Of a stretch of 64,000 nucleotides of DNA, positions 20,314 to 30,786 are shown in pieces; within the stretch, counting starts at the first letter, position 1; each line of letters begins with the position of its first letter. Position numbers and translations under genes: made by a program. This stretch comes from an uncultured Candidatus Saccharibacteria bacterium (GTDB lineage Bacteria > Patescibacteriota > Minisyncoccia > Phycocordibacterales > JACOZG01): positions 293,797-357,796 of the forward strand of contig CAZYLF010000001.1 in NCBI GenBank assembly GCA_964648765.1, read 5' to 3'. The notes below the pieces were generated by a model, which was not told the DNA's origin, made no database searches, and saw only the letters and a program-made list of their open reading frames with translations.

Positions 20314-20336
20314 TGTTGTTTTTTATTCTCCGTTAA

Positions 20337-20600
20337 CTATCCAAGTGAAATTGCGCCAATAGTTACTTCTGCCGAGCGATTGTTGTTCGGGTTTCGAACC
20401 AGGATCCTCCAATTGTCGTCGAGGCGTTGAACTTCAAGCGAAGTGCGGGCATCACAGCCCAAACTTCTCAAGTACTCACTTCCTCGTCTGTGATTTGGAT
20501 CAATCCGAACTGATTTTCCCACTTCAATCATACTCCCAGTTTGTTGAACCGGCAACTCCATTGCCAAAGATTTGTTGCTCCCTGATTTTCGCCTTGCCAT
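20337..20600 (-). CDS. Hypothetical protein
   Basis: AAGGAG-N7-ATG at 20600; 87 aa. Confidence 0.6.
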   Translation of the reverse strand: MARRKSGSNKSLAMELPVQQTGSMIEVGKSVRIDPNHRRGSEYLRSLGCDARTSLEVQRLDDNWRILVRNPNNNRSAEVTIGAISLG

Positions 20601-20719
20601 CCTGTTTCTCCTTAATGGCTTTTCCATACCCACAATCCTTAAAAGACCACAGCCCCCCAGTCCAAATGTAAATGGTATGCCTACTGAAAATAGTTGTCAA
20701 ATAGTTTATACTTACGTGC

Positions 20720-21550
20720 ATGTGGATATTACTCGACATTGGAGGAACAAAAACTCGCTTGGCTGTGACTCACAAAGGTGAGGTGCCAGAAGAAGGCTCG
20801 ATAAAAATTATCGACACGCCTAAACTTTTGGCAGACGCTGGTAAAGTTTATGGGGAAAATATCAAAGTTTTAACTGGTGATGATAAAGTGCGCGGGGTAG
20901 TGGTAGGCATTGCCGGCACGTTGAATGCCGCGCGTACCACTCTCACTGCCTCAACCCATTTGCCAGACTGGGCAGGCAAAGATCTCCACACTTTTTTTAA
21001 AGAATTAACTGGAGCGAAGAAGGTTTTAATTGAAAACGACGCTGCGTTGGTAGGTTTAGGTGAGGCATATTATGGTGCAGGCGTCGGTAAGAGGATTATG
21101 GTGTATCTCACCGTTTCAACGGGCGTGGGCGGAGTAAGAATTACTAATGGCAAAATTGATGAGAGCGCCCTTGGCTTTGAACCTGGCAAACAAATTATAG
21201 ATATTGAACACAATTTATCACTTGAGGATTATGTGTCGGGCAGAGCGGTGGAGGAGCGCTTTAAACAAAAGCCCAAAGAGATTTTTGACTCTGCGATTTG
21301 GCATAAGGTGGCGCGTTTTTTGGCTTACGGTATTCACAATGTGATTTTAGAGTGGTCGCCCGATGCCGTTATACTTGGTGGGAGCATGATGAAATCACCA
21401 GGCATAAAGGTTGATGATGTTAATTCTCATTTACGTTCAATCTCTGGTGTGGTGTTCCAAGATCTGCCCCCAATTTTGCTGGCAAAATTGGGGGATTTTG
21501 GTGGTATTTATGGAGGAGTTGCATTGCTAAAAGAGAAAAATGTTTTCTAA
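20720..21550 (+). CDS. ROK family sugar kinase
   Basis: LDIGGTK, IENDA, STGVGG and ILGGS motifs. Confidence 0.9.
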   Translation: MWILLDIGGTKTRLAVTHKGEVPEEGSIKIIDTPKLLADAGKVYGENIKVLTGDDKVRGVVVGIAGTLNAARTTLTASTHLPDWAGKDLHTFFKELTGAKKVLIENDAALVGLGEAYYGAGVGKRIMVYLTVSTGVGGVRITNGKIDESALGFEPGKQIIDIEHNLSLEDYVSGRAVEERFKQKPKEIFDSAIWHKVARFLAYGIHNVILEWSPDAVILGGSMMKSPGIKVDDVNSHLRSISGVVFQDLPPILLAKLGDFGGIYGGVALLKEKNVF

Positions 21551-21641
21551 ATAAAGTTATCCACCGAAAAAATTACAAGCTCCCAAAATTTTCTTATAAA
21601 ATTCTAAAGTCGCATTTTATCCACAAAAAAATTATAAAAAT

Positions 21642-23969
21642 ATGCCCCCAAATCCCACTCAAAAAAAGAAGGCCAAAATCGCTCTCACGAAGGTAAAAAA
21701 GCGTGATGGGTCACTTGTGCCTTTCGAGCCAGCTCGCGTCTCTACGGCTACTTTTAAGGCTATGAAGGCCTCTGGCGAGGGCTCTGAGAAGGATGCTGAG
21801 AGGGTGGCAAATGATGTGGTAAAGGAATTGCTTAAAATTAAGCAAAAGGGTGGCAAAGACTACGTACCGAGTGTGGAGGAGGTCCAAGATTTGGTGGAGA
21901 AGCAATTAATCTTTCACTCTTTTGCAGCCACGGCCAAAGCCTATATTCTCTATCGTCAACGTCGCACGGAGCTTCGCCAGGAGCGAGGCGAAGTGCCTAA
22001 GGAGGTGCGCGAGATGGTGGCCGAAAGTAAAAAATACTTCCGCAATCAGCTCTCTGAATATGTTTATTACACTACGTACTCTCGTTGGCTAGACGACAAG
22101 GGTCGTCGCGAAACTTGGCTTGAAACGGTGGATCGCTACATTACTTTTATGCGCGAGCAACTTGGCGAAAAGTTAAAGGATAAAGAATATGACGAAGTCC
22201 GTGAGTATATGGCCGGCATGAGTGCTTTGGGCTCAATGCGCTTACTCCAATTTGCTGGTAAGGCGGCGGCTAACACTAATGTGGCTGCCTATAATTGCTC
22301 TTTCACTGCGCCATCATCTTGGCAAGACTTTGCAGAAATTGTTTACATTTTGATGTGTGGCACAGGCGTGGGTTACTCGGTGGAAGAACAAAACATTGGT
22401 CAATTGCCAATGATCAAAAGACAAACCGGCGAGAAGCTTAAGACTTACGTAATTGACGATAGCCGTGAGGGTTGGGCAGACTCTTTGGCTTATGGAATGA
22501 ATGTGTGGTCATCGGGTAAGGATGTGCAATTTGATTACTCACAGCTCCGACCACGTGGCGCGCGTTTAAAGACGATGGGCGGACGCTCATCTGGCCCTGA
22601 TCCACTTCGTAATCTCCTTAACTTTACTCGGGAGAAAATGTTGGCACGCCAAGGTAGACGCTTAAAGACGATCGACGCTCACGATATTATTTGTAAAATT
22701 GGTGAGGTGGTGGTGGCAGGTGGCGTGCGACGTTCCGCACTCATCTCACTTTCAGATCTTGATGATATGGAAATGCGTGAGGCCAAGAACGGACAATTTT
22801 ATCTTACAAATCCAGAACGCAGTATGGCCAATAACTCTGTGGCTTATAACGAGAAGCCCACAATGGCGCAATTTTTAGATGAGTGGGTAAACTTGGCCAA
22901 GGCTGGATCGGGTGAGCGAGGAATCTTTAACCGCGGAAGTTTGAAAACTCAATTACCAACTAGGCGTTGGAAGGTATTTGAAAAAGATAAAGACGATTCA
23001 GGCACTAACCCTTGCGGAGAAATTATTTTAAAGTCCAAACAATTTTGTAACTTAACTGAAGTGGTGGCTAGACCAGAAGATAATGAGGAGACTTTGATGG
23101 AGAAGGTGCGAGTGGCGACAATTTTGGGTACTTATCAAGCTACGCTTACTAAATTCCCTTATCTATCTAAAAAGTGGAAGGATAATTGTGAGGAGGAGGC
23201 TTTGCTTGGTGTGTCGGTGACGGGGCAATGGGATTGCTCAGCTTTAAGAAATCCATCCGTCTTCCGCAAACTTAAAGAAGTGGCCATTGAGACTAATCGT
23301 AAATACGCCGAGCGTTTTGGTATTAATCGCTCCACGTGTATTACCACGGTTAAGCCTTCTGGTAATGGTTCACAACTTTTTGATTCTTCATCGGGTATGC
23401 ATCCACGTCATGCTCCTTACTACATTCGTCGCGTAAGAGTGGAGGGACATAATCCAATCTTCCAAATGCTTAAAGATATGGGTGTACCTTATCATCCTGA
23501 AGTGGGTCAGGATCCATCTACAGCCACCACTTTTGTGCTGGAATTCCCTATCCAATCTCCAAAGAGCAAAGCGTTTAAAAATGATTTAACAGCCATTGAG
23601 CAATTAGAGTATTGGAAGATGGTGAAGGAGAATTATACCGAGCATAATCCATCCACCACTATTTCGGTGGGCGAGGAGGAGTGGCTTAAGGTAGGGCATT
23701 GGGTATATGAAAATTGGGACATGGTGGGCGGACTCTCCTTTTTGCCACGCTCAAATCACGTTTATCGTTTAGCGCCTTATGAAGAAATTAGTGCTGAGCA
23801 ATATGCCGAATTTGCTAGCAAATTCCCGCAAATTGATTTTGCCAAACTCGTGCTGTATGAGAGGCAAGATAACACTGAAGTAAAAAAGGAGTTGGCTTGT
23901 GTGTCAGGAGTCTGCGAAGTAGATTACTCGCCTAGCACTTCCGAAACCAAAGTCTCAAGCGATAAATAA
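21642..23969 (+). CDS. nrdJ: Class II (B12-dependent) ribonucleotide reductase with N-terminal ATP cone
   Basis: VKKRDG ATP-cone, AYNC, TNPCGE, TTVKPSG and C-terminal CVSGVC. Confidence 0.9.
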   Translation: MPPNPTQKKKAKIALTKVKKRDGSLVPFEPARVSTATFKAMKASGEGSEKDAERVANDVVKELLKIKQKGGKDYVPSVEEVQDLVEKQLIFHSFAATAKAYILYRQRRTELRQERGEVPKEVREMVAESKKYFRNQLSEYVYYTTYSRWLDDKGRRETWLETVDRYITFMREQLGEKLKDKEYDEVREYMAGMSALGSMRLLQFAGKAAANTNVAAYNCSFTAPSSWQDFAEIVYILMCGTGVGYSVEEQNIGQLPMIKRQTGEKLKTYVIDDSREGWADSLAYGMNVWSSGKDVQFDYSQLRPRGARLKTMGGRSSGPDPLRNLLNFTREKMLARQGRRLKTIDAHDIICKIGEVVVAGGVRRSALISLSDLDDMEMREAKNGQFYLTNPERSMANNSVAYNEKPTMAQFLDEWVNLAKAGSGERGIFNRGSLKTQLPTRRWKVFEKDKDDSGTNPCGEIILKSKQFCNLTEVVARPEDNEETLMEKVRVATILGTYQATLTKFPYLSKKWKDNCEEEALLGVSVTGQWDCSALRNPSVFRKLKEVAIETNRKYAERFGINRSTCITTVKPSGNGSQLFDSSSGMHPRHAPYYIRRVRVEGHNPIFQMLKDMGVPYHPEVGQDPSTATTFVLEFPIQSPKSKAFKNDLTAIEQLEYWKMVKENYTEHNPSTTISVGEEEWLKVGHWVYENWDMVGGLSFLPRSNHVYRLAPYEEISAEQYAEFASKFPQIDFAKLVLYERQDNTEVKKELACVSGVCEVDYSPSTSETKVSSDK

Positions 23970-24092
23970 TTAAAATTAAGACTAAAAATCACCTCACAAA
24001 TGGGGTGATTTTTATCTTTGCATAAATTTGTCACGCGTGGTAGTTTGAAAATTGGAATTGGGGAAATAGCGACATTGTTAAGGAGAAATAAA

Positions 24093-24389
24093 GTGGCAGA
24101 AGAAATTCCAATCAAAAATTGGGGAGTGATTTATCACAATCAGATGCATCATGGTATGGATTATGATTGTCGTTGTGGCTGGGCGGCCTCGTCACTTTTA
24201 GGAGAATACAGTGACTATGGTCAACACGTAAGTGGTTTTGATCTAAATGGTCCGTCTGGTAGTTGTGGCACCTGGATTGTTATCTTGACGTGCCCAAAGT
24301 GTTTTGAGCATTTCTGGTTTCATTTTCCTCCCCAAAGAATTAGTGTGGAATTGCTGGCGGAGCATTGTTCAAATTGGCCAAAAAAGTAG
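24093..24389 (+). CDS. Hypothetical Cys-rich (zinc ribbon-like) protein
   Basis: AAGGAG-N7-GTG start; CRC, CPKC motifs; promoter TTGCAT-N17-TAGTTT upstream and terminator downstream. Confidence 0.65.
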   Translation: MAEEIPIKNWGVIYHNQMHHGMDYDCRCGWAASSLLGEYSDYGQHVSGFDLNGPSGSCGTWIVILTCPKCFEHFWFHFPPQRISVELLAEHCSNWPKK

Positions 24390-24528
24390 ATCTTATCACG
24401 CGTGGTTTTACACCACGCGTTTTTTATTTAAATAAACTAACTTGCAATATATTAAATATATGCTATAGTTTTAGCTGATCCAAAACAGTGAGTTTTGGCA
24501 AAAGTTCTTCGAAAATAGGAGGTGCAAG

Positions 24529-25380
24529 ATGCACATTTTGGAAATAATCTCACAGATGGCAATTGTGGTGTTCGGTCTCTCGTCCGTATTTCTGGTAGCA
24601 AGAGGAAATCGAGTTGGTTTTTTGATGGGATTGAGCGCCCAACCGTTTTGGTATTTTACAACAATCCTTAACGGCCAGTGGGGGATCTTTTTCCTTAGCG
24701 TTGGGTACACAGTCTCGTGGGTTACGGGTGTGTATGAGAACTACTTCAAAAAACCAGTTACCATCAGCTCAATAATTCTCAACCGAGATGGGTTGTATGT
24801 TGGAGATTTGATTCATTACTACAAACTGATAGTGAATTCGGGTGGAAACTTTAACCCATATCATAACCTCCGGCATGCCCAACATGTGCTGTGGCTTTGT
24901 TATGATGCATGTGTGAATTACCGTAAGGAGTTAACCCCGCGGAAAATTCGCAGTAAATTGATTGCTGCCATGACGCACGATATTGGGCACAGTGGTGATA
25001 ATCGTCCTGACTTTGTGCAGGTGGACACTGCCGTTAAATGGATTACGGAAAATATTCACCCCGATGACAAGGCATATTTGCCAGAGATTGTGGCGTTGAT
25101 GCGTGGAACAGAGTACCCACACAAAGAGGGATTTGTTGGTCTAGCCTATGACATTTTGCGTGACGCAGATTTGTCGCAAGCTTTGAACAGCACTTGGATT
25201 CATCAAGCGCTTGGCTTGGGGCGGGAGAAGGGTTGGACTCCACGCGAGACGATGGAACGTCAGGTGGCGTTCCTCAATAATCTCGAGTTCAAAACTAAGT
25301 GGGCGAGGAAGAAATTCCCGCGCTCTCTGATTGAATCTAAGGTTAAGGAAGCCAAGGAGCTGGCAATTTGTCTTGCGTAA
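24529..25380 (+). CDS. Membrane domain (PnuC-like) fused to HD/class-I phosphodiesterase-like domain
   Basis: N-terminal TM segments; PYHNLRHA, HDIGHSGDN and DADL motifs; AGGAGG SD. Confidence 0.7.
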   Translation: MHILEIISQMAIVVFGLSSVFLVARGNRVGFLMGLSAQPFWYFTTILNGQWGIFFLSVGYTVSWVTGVYENYFKKPVTISSIILNRDGLYVGDLIHYYKLIVNSGGNFNPYHNLRHAQHVLWLCYDACVNYRKELTPRKIRSKLIAAMTHDIGHSGDNRPDFVQVDTAVKWITENIHPDDKAYLPEIVALMRGTEYPHKEGFVGLAYDILRDADLSQALNSTWIHQALGLGREKGWTPRETMERQVAFLNNLEFKTKWARKKFPRSLIESKVKEAKELAICLA

Positions 25381-25454
25381 TGGTAATTTAGGGATTGGAA
25401 TTTTTGCTTGCTTGATGGAAACAAGCAAGCCCGGTCTTTTAGAGGAGAGAAAGT

Positions 25455-25745
25455 ATGGGTAGTAAGCCGTTCCATAAGTCAATTATCGCGTGCATTCAAA
25501 AGGTGGATGCACGTGGGATCAATTACGTGATCTCAACAATCGTTGGTACCACAATCCCAGAGGGGCATGAGGAGATTATTAAAGCAATCAAGGCAAAGTT
25601 CGCTGTGCTCAACCAGAACTTGAGCGAGACGGCGAATTCGGTTATTGTTTATTTGCTAGCCGAACATCAACATTGCGTCAATGAAGCGGGAAGGCTCAAG
25701 ACGGCAAACGCCAAAGGACGGCTCGTTGGAGCAAGTGTCGTTTAA
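25455..25745 (+). CDS. Hypothetical protein
   Basis: GAGGAG SD; 96 aa; terminator at ~25765-25802. Confidence 0.6.
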   Translation: MGSKPFHKSIIACIQKVDARGINYVISTIVGTTIPEGHEEIIKAIKAKFAVLNQNLSETANSVIVYLLAEHQHCVNEAGRLKTANAKGRLVGASVV

Positions 25746-25800
25746 GAAATAAAAACAAAACAAAAGGCGCGGAGGTGATTTATCACTCCGCGCCTATTTT

Positions 25801-26862
25801 TTATTCGTTTATGAACTTTTCCCTTATCGAAGCTCCGATTTTTGCAAGGTTCGCTTTAAGATAGGCTTTCCCCTTTCCAGTCAAAGGACCTATTTCTTGA
25901 TCAATTCTTGCTGCACCGATTTGACCGCCTGGACTTAACTTTGAACCAGACCCTGGGAAATGCTTTTTGAGTAAGGCGCCGAGATCAATTGCGGAACTTC
26001 GACACCTAGCACATATCTTAACGTAATTGTTGTTCACCACTCCCCACACAATTACTGTCACAATCCCCGAAAGACGAAAGACTAAATCGGCGATGGTTCC
26101 AATATCGTCGATAGATTCATGTTCATCAATATCTCCTACGCTGAGAACTACGACACCGTGGACCGGCCTTAAGTCTTTTGTTGCTTTGTGCAAATTCTGG
26201 AAAAAAGTTAATGGTAACTCATATTTTGTGAGTCTATAGAAGTCGTCATAATTAATTTTTTCACTCACAAACTCATGGGCTTGATAGTCACGCTTCTTAG
26301 CGTTAACCATATCCTGAGAGTCGTTGTGGATACCTAGAGCAAGTAGTATAGATGCTCGATCTGAGAAATCTAGACCAAGTTCTCTGCCGATTTCCACAAC
26401 AAGTGTACTGGCAGAAGTTACACCAGTGTCAACGAGGTTAAATTCCCCCGTATCTTCTTCGGAGACATCTCCTGTGTGGTGATCAATTACCCCTAGTGGA
26501 CGTTGTTTCCGGTATTGTTCTGGGACACGATTGTCATTTGTGGTATTAGAATCGACAAGAAAAATTCGATCGTTTTCTCCCAAAGTGATATTGCCTATGG
26601 GAACCATGTGCCTATTTAAATCATGCACTGCCACAATCGTTCTGTTTTGTCTGTGGCTAATCTCACCACAGTAAGTTATCTTTACAGATATCTCATTCTC
26701 TTCAACTAACTTTTCTATTATCTCCAGCATGCCCATAGCGGCACCTATCGCGTCAGGGTCAACCTGTGCAATAACAAGCAAAATTATCCCACCTGGCTTA
26801 ATCGAGTTTACAGCCTCTTTTAGTCGATCAATCATTGTTGTTTTTCCATTGCCATTTGCCAC
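25801..26862 (-). CDS. DHH/DHHA1 family phosphoesterase
   Basis: VDPDAIG, LVD and IDHH motifs; AAGGAG-N6-GTG start. Confidence 0.88.
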   Translation of the reverse strand: MANGNGKTTMIDRLKEAVNSIKPGGIILLVIAQVDPDAIGAAMGMLEIIEKLVEENEISVKITYCGEISHRQNRTIVAVHDLNRHMVPIGNITLGENDRIFLVDSNTTNDNRVPEQYRKQRPLGVIDHHTGDVSEEDTGEFNLVDTGVTSASTLVVEIGRELGLDFSDRASILLALGIHNDSQDMVNAKKRDYQAHEFVSEKINYDDFYRLTKYELPLTFFQNLHKATKDLRPVHGVVVLSVGDIDEHESIDDIGTIADLVFRLSGIVTVIVWGVVNNNYVKICARCRSSAIDLGALLKKHFPGSGSKLSPGGQIGAARIDQEIGPLTGKGKAYLKANLAKIGASIREKFINE

Positions 26863-26967
26863 TTTTTTCTCCTTATAACAAAGGCCTAAAATCCTTGACT
26901 CTAACTGTTGATAAACTAGCATAAGTACCCTATTGTCTACATTAGTATCTTGTGATATAATAACTGG

Positions 26968-27344
26968 AGTTCTTTGCTAGATGGTTGCTCTCTTTGGTGC
27001 GTAAGTACTAGAGGGGGAGGAAAGTCCGAACACAGCCCGCCTAAATGCGTAAGCTTTTGGTGGGTAAAACGGTAGCGGGTAATGCCCGTCGCCCGCCAAC
27101 ATCTGCGAAGTTGTGGCGGGTAGAGGTGCGAGCAGAAACGCCAAAGCCGAAAGGCCTAGGATCCCTTCGGGGATAGTCTCATCGAGAGGTGAGAATGAAA
27201 CGGCTAAATCCTTACTTCTGTGCAAGGCCGTATCCCGTCAAAATGCGAAAGCTTTTGTTGGGGAGTGCCGCTCGAGCCAAACAGTAATGCTTGGCCCAGA
27301 TAAATAATCATCCACGACAGAATTCGGCTTATCGGCAAAGAACT
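26968..27344 (+). ncRNA. rnpB: RNase P RNA
   Basis: GAGGAAAGTCCG...ACAGAATTCGGCTTA universal motifs; AGTTCTTTGC/GCAAAGAACT terminal helix; TGATATAAT extended -10 upstream. Confidence 0.95.
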
Positions 27345-27403
27345 AAAATAATCAGAAAGTCCCTCGCTTCACGCGTGGGATTTTTTGATTTATAATATAG
27401 GAG

Positions 27404-29104
27404 ATGATAGCGCTACTTAAAAACCCAGCCTCAAAAATTTATTTATTAATTCTTTTTTTACTCCCGATTTTTTATTGGTCTAGAGTCGGATTAGATATTG
27501 AAGTAACTAAAACCACCTTTGCTTATATAGGAATTCTTTTGATAGTTTTTTTGTGGTTAATACCAAGTTTACGAGTTGGTAAAATTGAGACAACTGTTGA
27601 TGGTTTGCAACTTGGTTTAGGTTTAGTGCTTCTGCCCATTATTTATCAAGCAATCACTTCAAGCAATCCCGCTTTGTTAATTAGTAGTTTGGTTTATATT
27701 TTCTGGTTTTTACTCACGTTTAGGATTTTTAAAAAAACAGAGGAGTGGTTAATGGTTTATTTAGCTGTTGTAGCTTCAGCAATAGTTTTATTTATATTTC
27801 AATTAATTTGGTATTTTATTAACCCTGGTCTAATTATTATAGGGTCAAGTTTTGATTTGGTAATTCTGTTTGGTTATATTTTAATTCTGGTAATTTATTC
27901 TCTAATTAATTTCTCACTCAGTAGTTTACGTTATGGTAATCAAGCTACGGTTGCTTTGGGAGTTATATCGATACTTGTAATTGTGCAGAGTGTCTACAAT
28001 CTCCCAATCGGAACATTTTGGCCAATTAAATTTGATTTTACAAATTATTTGTCCTTACTTTGGATAGTATTTGGTTTCTATTTTGTATTTTATGCTTACA
28101 AAACAATTAATTTTTTACGCCAAAGCACTAAACCAAATCCTGCCCTCCTTTTGTCTTTAATTTCTAGTATTTATTTCTGGGCTAGTTTACTTAAATATAA
28201 TCCTGGAGTAGTGGTTACCGTTTTGGCTTACGTATTTTTGGGCCTTTGGGTGTCGGCAATGATTAAGGCAAAAATTATTACTGAAAAATTTGTGGTCTTG
28301 AAAAAGGGTGGGCCATGGAGTAACTTTTTCACCATCTTTATTTCCCTTTCAGTTCTTGCTCTGACTCTAATTGGTGCAAAGTATCAGTTTGCATATTTTA
28401 AAGAAGGGCAGATGGCTTCGGTAGATGCATCAACTTCGGAATATTTTAGATCTGCAAAATCAGCTTTCGATGAATTGAGGGCTTTAGTTAGTCAGCCAGA
28501 CGCACCGGTGGAAAGTGAGGAGTTTATTAGTAGGAGAGATGCGCTGGCTAATCAAGCTGTTACTTTTGCAAAAAAAGCAGTGGAGGATGAACCGGACGAT
28601 TATCGTAATTGGGCGCTTTATGGTGAGATTGCCAGTATGTTTATTGCTGCGCAAGTGCCAAATGCAATTGAGGAGGCCATAGGTGCTTATGAGAGAGCGA
28701 TTGTGCTTAAACCTGATAATACTGAAATAATCACAAAGTATGCTCAAACCTTGGCTTTGGTGGCCAATACATATTTACAAAATAACGATCTTGCTTCAGC
28801 TAGGGTTGAAGTTGAAAAACTCTCAAGGCTTACCCCAAATGATTACAGTGTTTGGTGGCAATTAGGGCGTTTGGATTACATGGAAAATAATTTTGAAGCA
28901 TCTGATCAGCACTTTAAGACCTCACTTGAATTACTTCCAAATGATGCTAACCTGCTTTATCAATTGGCCCTTTTTTACTCTGGTGTAAACGACACAGATC
29001 GTGCCATCGCGGCCATTGATGAGGCATTAAGTATTGATCCTAACAATCTTGACGCGCTCACACTTAAAGAGCAAATTTCTCCACAAGTATCAGCTGAAAA
29101 CTAA
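27404..29104 (+). CDS. Polytopic membrane protein with C-terminal TPR repeats
   Basis: About 10 hydrophobic segments, then A...YERAI.L.P.N-type TPR repeats. Confidence 0.8.
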   Translation: MIALLKNPASKIYLLILFLLPIFYWSRVGLDIEVTKTTFAYIGILLIVFLWLIPSLRVGKIETTVDGLQLGLGLVLLPIIYQAITSSNPALLISSLVYIFWFLLTFRIFKKTEEWLMVYLAVVASAIVLFIFQLIWYFINPGLIIIGSSFDLVILFGYILILVIYSLINFSLSSLRYGNQATVALGVISILVIVQSVYNLPIGTFWPIKFDFTNYLSLLWIVFGFYFVFYAYKTINFLRQSTKPNPALLLSLISSIYFWASLLKYNPGVVVTVLAYVFLGLWVSAMIKAKIITEKFVVLKKGGPWSNFFTIFISLSVLALTLIGAKYQFAYFKEGQMASVDASTSEYFRSAKSAFDELRALVSQPDAPVESEEFISRRDALANQAVTFAKKAVEDEPDDYRNWALYGEIASMFIAAQVPNAIEEAIGAYERAIVLKPDNTEIITKYAQTLALVANTYLQNNDLASARVEVEKLSRLTPNDYSVWWQLGRLDYMENNFEASDQHFKTSLELLPNDANLLYQLALFYSGVNDTDRAIAAIDEALSIDPNNLDALTLKEQISPQVSAEN

Positions 29105-29106
29105 TT

Positions 29107-30786
29107 ATGGTTGAAAAGGTTTTAAATTTGTTTAACCGTGAATGGAGTAGCCTAAATGAGGCTGCTTTTTTACTCGGTCTTTCAGCATTCCTTTCCCAAG
29201 TCCTTTCTCTTTTTAGAGATCGCTTACTTGCTGGTGCTTTCGGCGCTGGCCATGAACTTGATATTTATTACTCCGCTTTTCGTATCCCAGACATAATTTA
29301 TGTGTCAGTAGCCTCCTTGGTCTCGATTACCATTTTAATTCCGTTTATTATCCGTCATTTAGATAGTGACGATAAAAATGGAGCAAGAGAATTAATTAAT
29401 GGCGTTTTTACCCTTTTTTTTACTTTAATGATTGTGGTCGCGGTAGTGGCATTTATTTTTATGCCCTACTTAGCCCCACTAGTGGCACCAGGATTTGATC
29501 TTCCGTCCCAAGCTCATTTAATTGATTTAAGTAGGATTTTATTACTTTCACCAATCTTGCTTGGACTCTCAAACTTGTTTGGTAGCGTCACCCAATCTTT
29601 TAAAAGATTTTTTATTTATGCGCTAAGTCCAATTTTATATAACGTTGGTATTATTATTGGCATAGTTTATTTTTATCCAAGTCTCGGGCTTACCGGTTTG
29701 GTGTGGGGAGTAATTTTAGGCGCAGGGCTTCATTTGCTTGTTCAGGTTCCCACTGTACATTCATTAAAATTATTTCCTAAATTTAGTCTCAAAATCAATT
29801 GGAGTGAAATTAAGCGCCTCGTGGCCCTCTCGCTCCCCAGAACCTTTACTCTCTCTGTGCACCAAATCACCATTTTGGTGTTGGTGGCGCTGGCCTCACT
29901 TATGGATAAAGGTTCTATTGCGGTATTTAACTTTGCCTATAATTTGCAATCAGTGCCCTTGGCCATCGTTGGTTTGAGCTACTCTGTGGCCGCTTTTCCT
30001 ACTTTAGTTAAAATTTATAACAACGGTGATCGGCCACAATTTGTTACTCAAGTTTCAGACGCTTTGCGCTACATTGTTTTTTGGTCCATTCCGGCGATGG
30101 CAATTTTTATTGTTTTACGGGCCCAAATTGTGCGAGTAATTTTAGGTTCGGGAGAGTTTGATTGGTCTGACACGCGACTTACCGCCGCCGCCTTAGCTTG
30201 TTTTTCCATTTCTGTCATCGCTCAAAGTTTAATTTTGCTTTTTGTGCGAGCGTATTATGCAGCAGGCAAAACTAGCAAGCCATTAATCATAAACGTTGCA
30301 TCATCAATTTTTGTGGTTTTGCTCGCCTTCGGCTTAAACTCCTGGTATCAAGGTGCTAGTGAATTTCAGCAATTGGTGGAGGGTTGGCTACGTGTTGAAG
30401 CTGTTGGGGGGACGATTGTGCTTATTTTACCAATCGCTTTTTCACTCGGGATGTTACTTAATCTATTTTTATTCTGTTACTTTTTCCGAAAAGATTTTGG
30501 TAAATTTGGGACGAGAGTGATGCGTACTTTTTGGCAGGTATTTTTTGCCTCAATAATTGGCGCAGTGGCGAGTTACTTGCTTCTTAATGTATTCGACAAC
30601 TGGTTTGACTTAGACACATTTATTGGTATCTTGCTACAAGGGCTTTTGGCCGGTATGGGCGGAATTGCGGTAGGTTTTGGGATGCTCCGCCTAGCTAAGA
30701 GCCAAGAGTTAACAAGTATTGTTGAATCCCTGCGTAACCGTTTTTGGCAGACGCGCGTGGTGGCTGAATCTCCGGAAGAAATATGA
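29107..30786 (+). CDS. murJ: Lipid II flippase MurJ (MviN)
   Basis: RDRLLA..FGAG..LD.YYSAFRIPD and RAYYA motifs. Confidence 0.92.
   Translation: MVEKVLNLFNREWSSLNEAAFLLGLSAFLSQVLSLFRDRLLAGAFGAGHELDIYYSAFRIPDIIYVSVASLVSITILIPFIIRHLDSDDKNGARELINGVFTLFFTLMIVVAVVAFIFMPYLAPLVAPGFDLPSQAHLIDLSRILLLSPILLGLSNLFGSVTQSFKRFFIYALSPILYNVGIIIGIVYFYPSLGLTGLVWGVILGAGLHLLVQVPTVHSLKLFPKFSLKINWSEIKRLVALSLPRTFTLSVHQITILVLVALASLMDKGSIAVFNFAYNLQSVPLAIVGLSYSVAAFPTLVKIYNNGDRPQFVTQVSDALRYIVFWSIPAMAIFIVLRAQIVRVILGSGEFDWSDTRLTAAALACFSISVIAQSLILLFVRAYYAAGKTSKPLIINVASSIFVVLLAFGLNSWYQGASEFQQLVEGWLRVEAVGGTIVLILPIAFSLGMLLNLFLFCYFFRKDFGKFGTRVMRTFWQVFFASIIGAVASYLLLNVFDNWFDLDTFIGILLQGLLAGMGGIAVGFGMLRLAKSQELTSIVESLRNRFWQTRVVAESPEEI

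Noticed and set aside
26977-27307. ORFs within rnpB
   Set aside because: The region is RNase P RNA.
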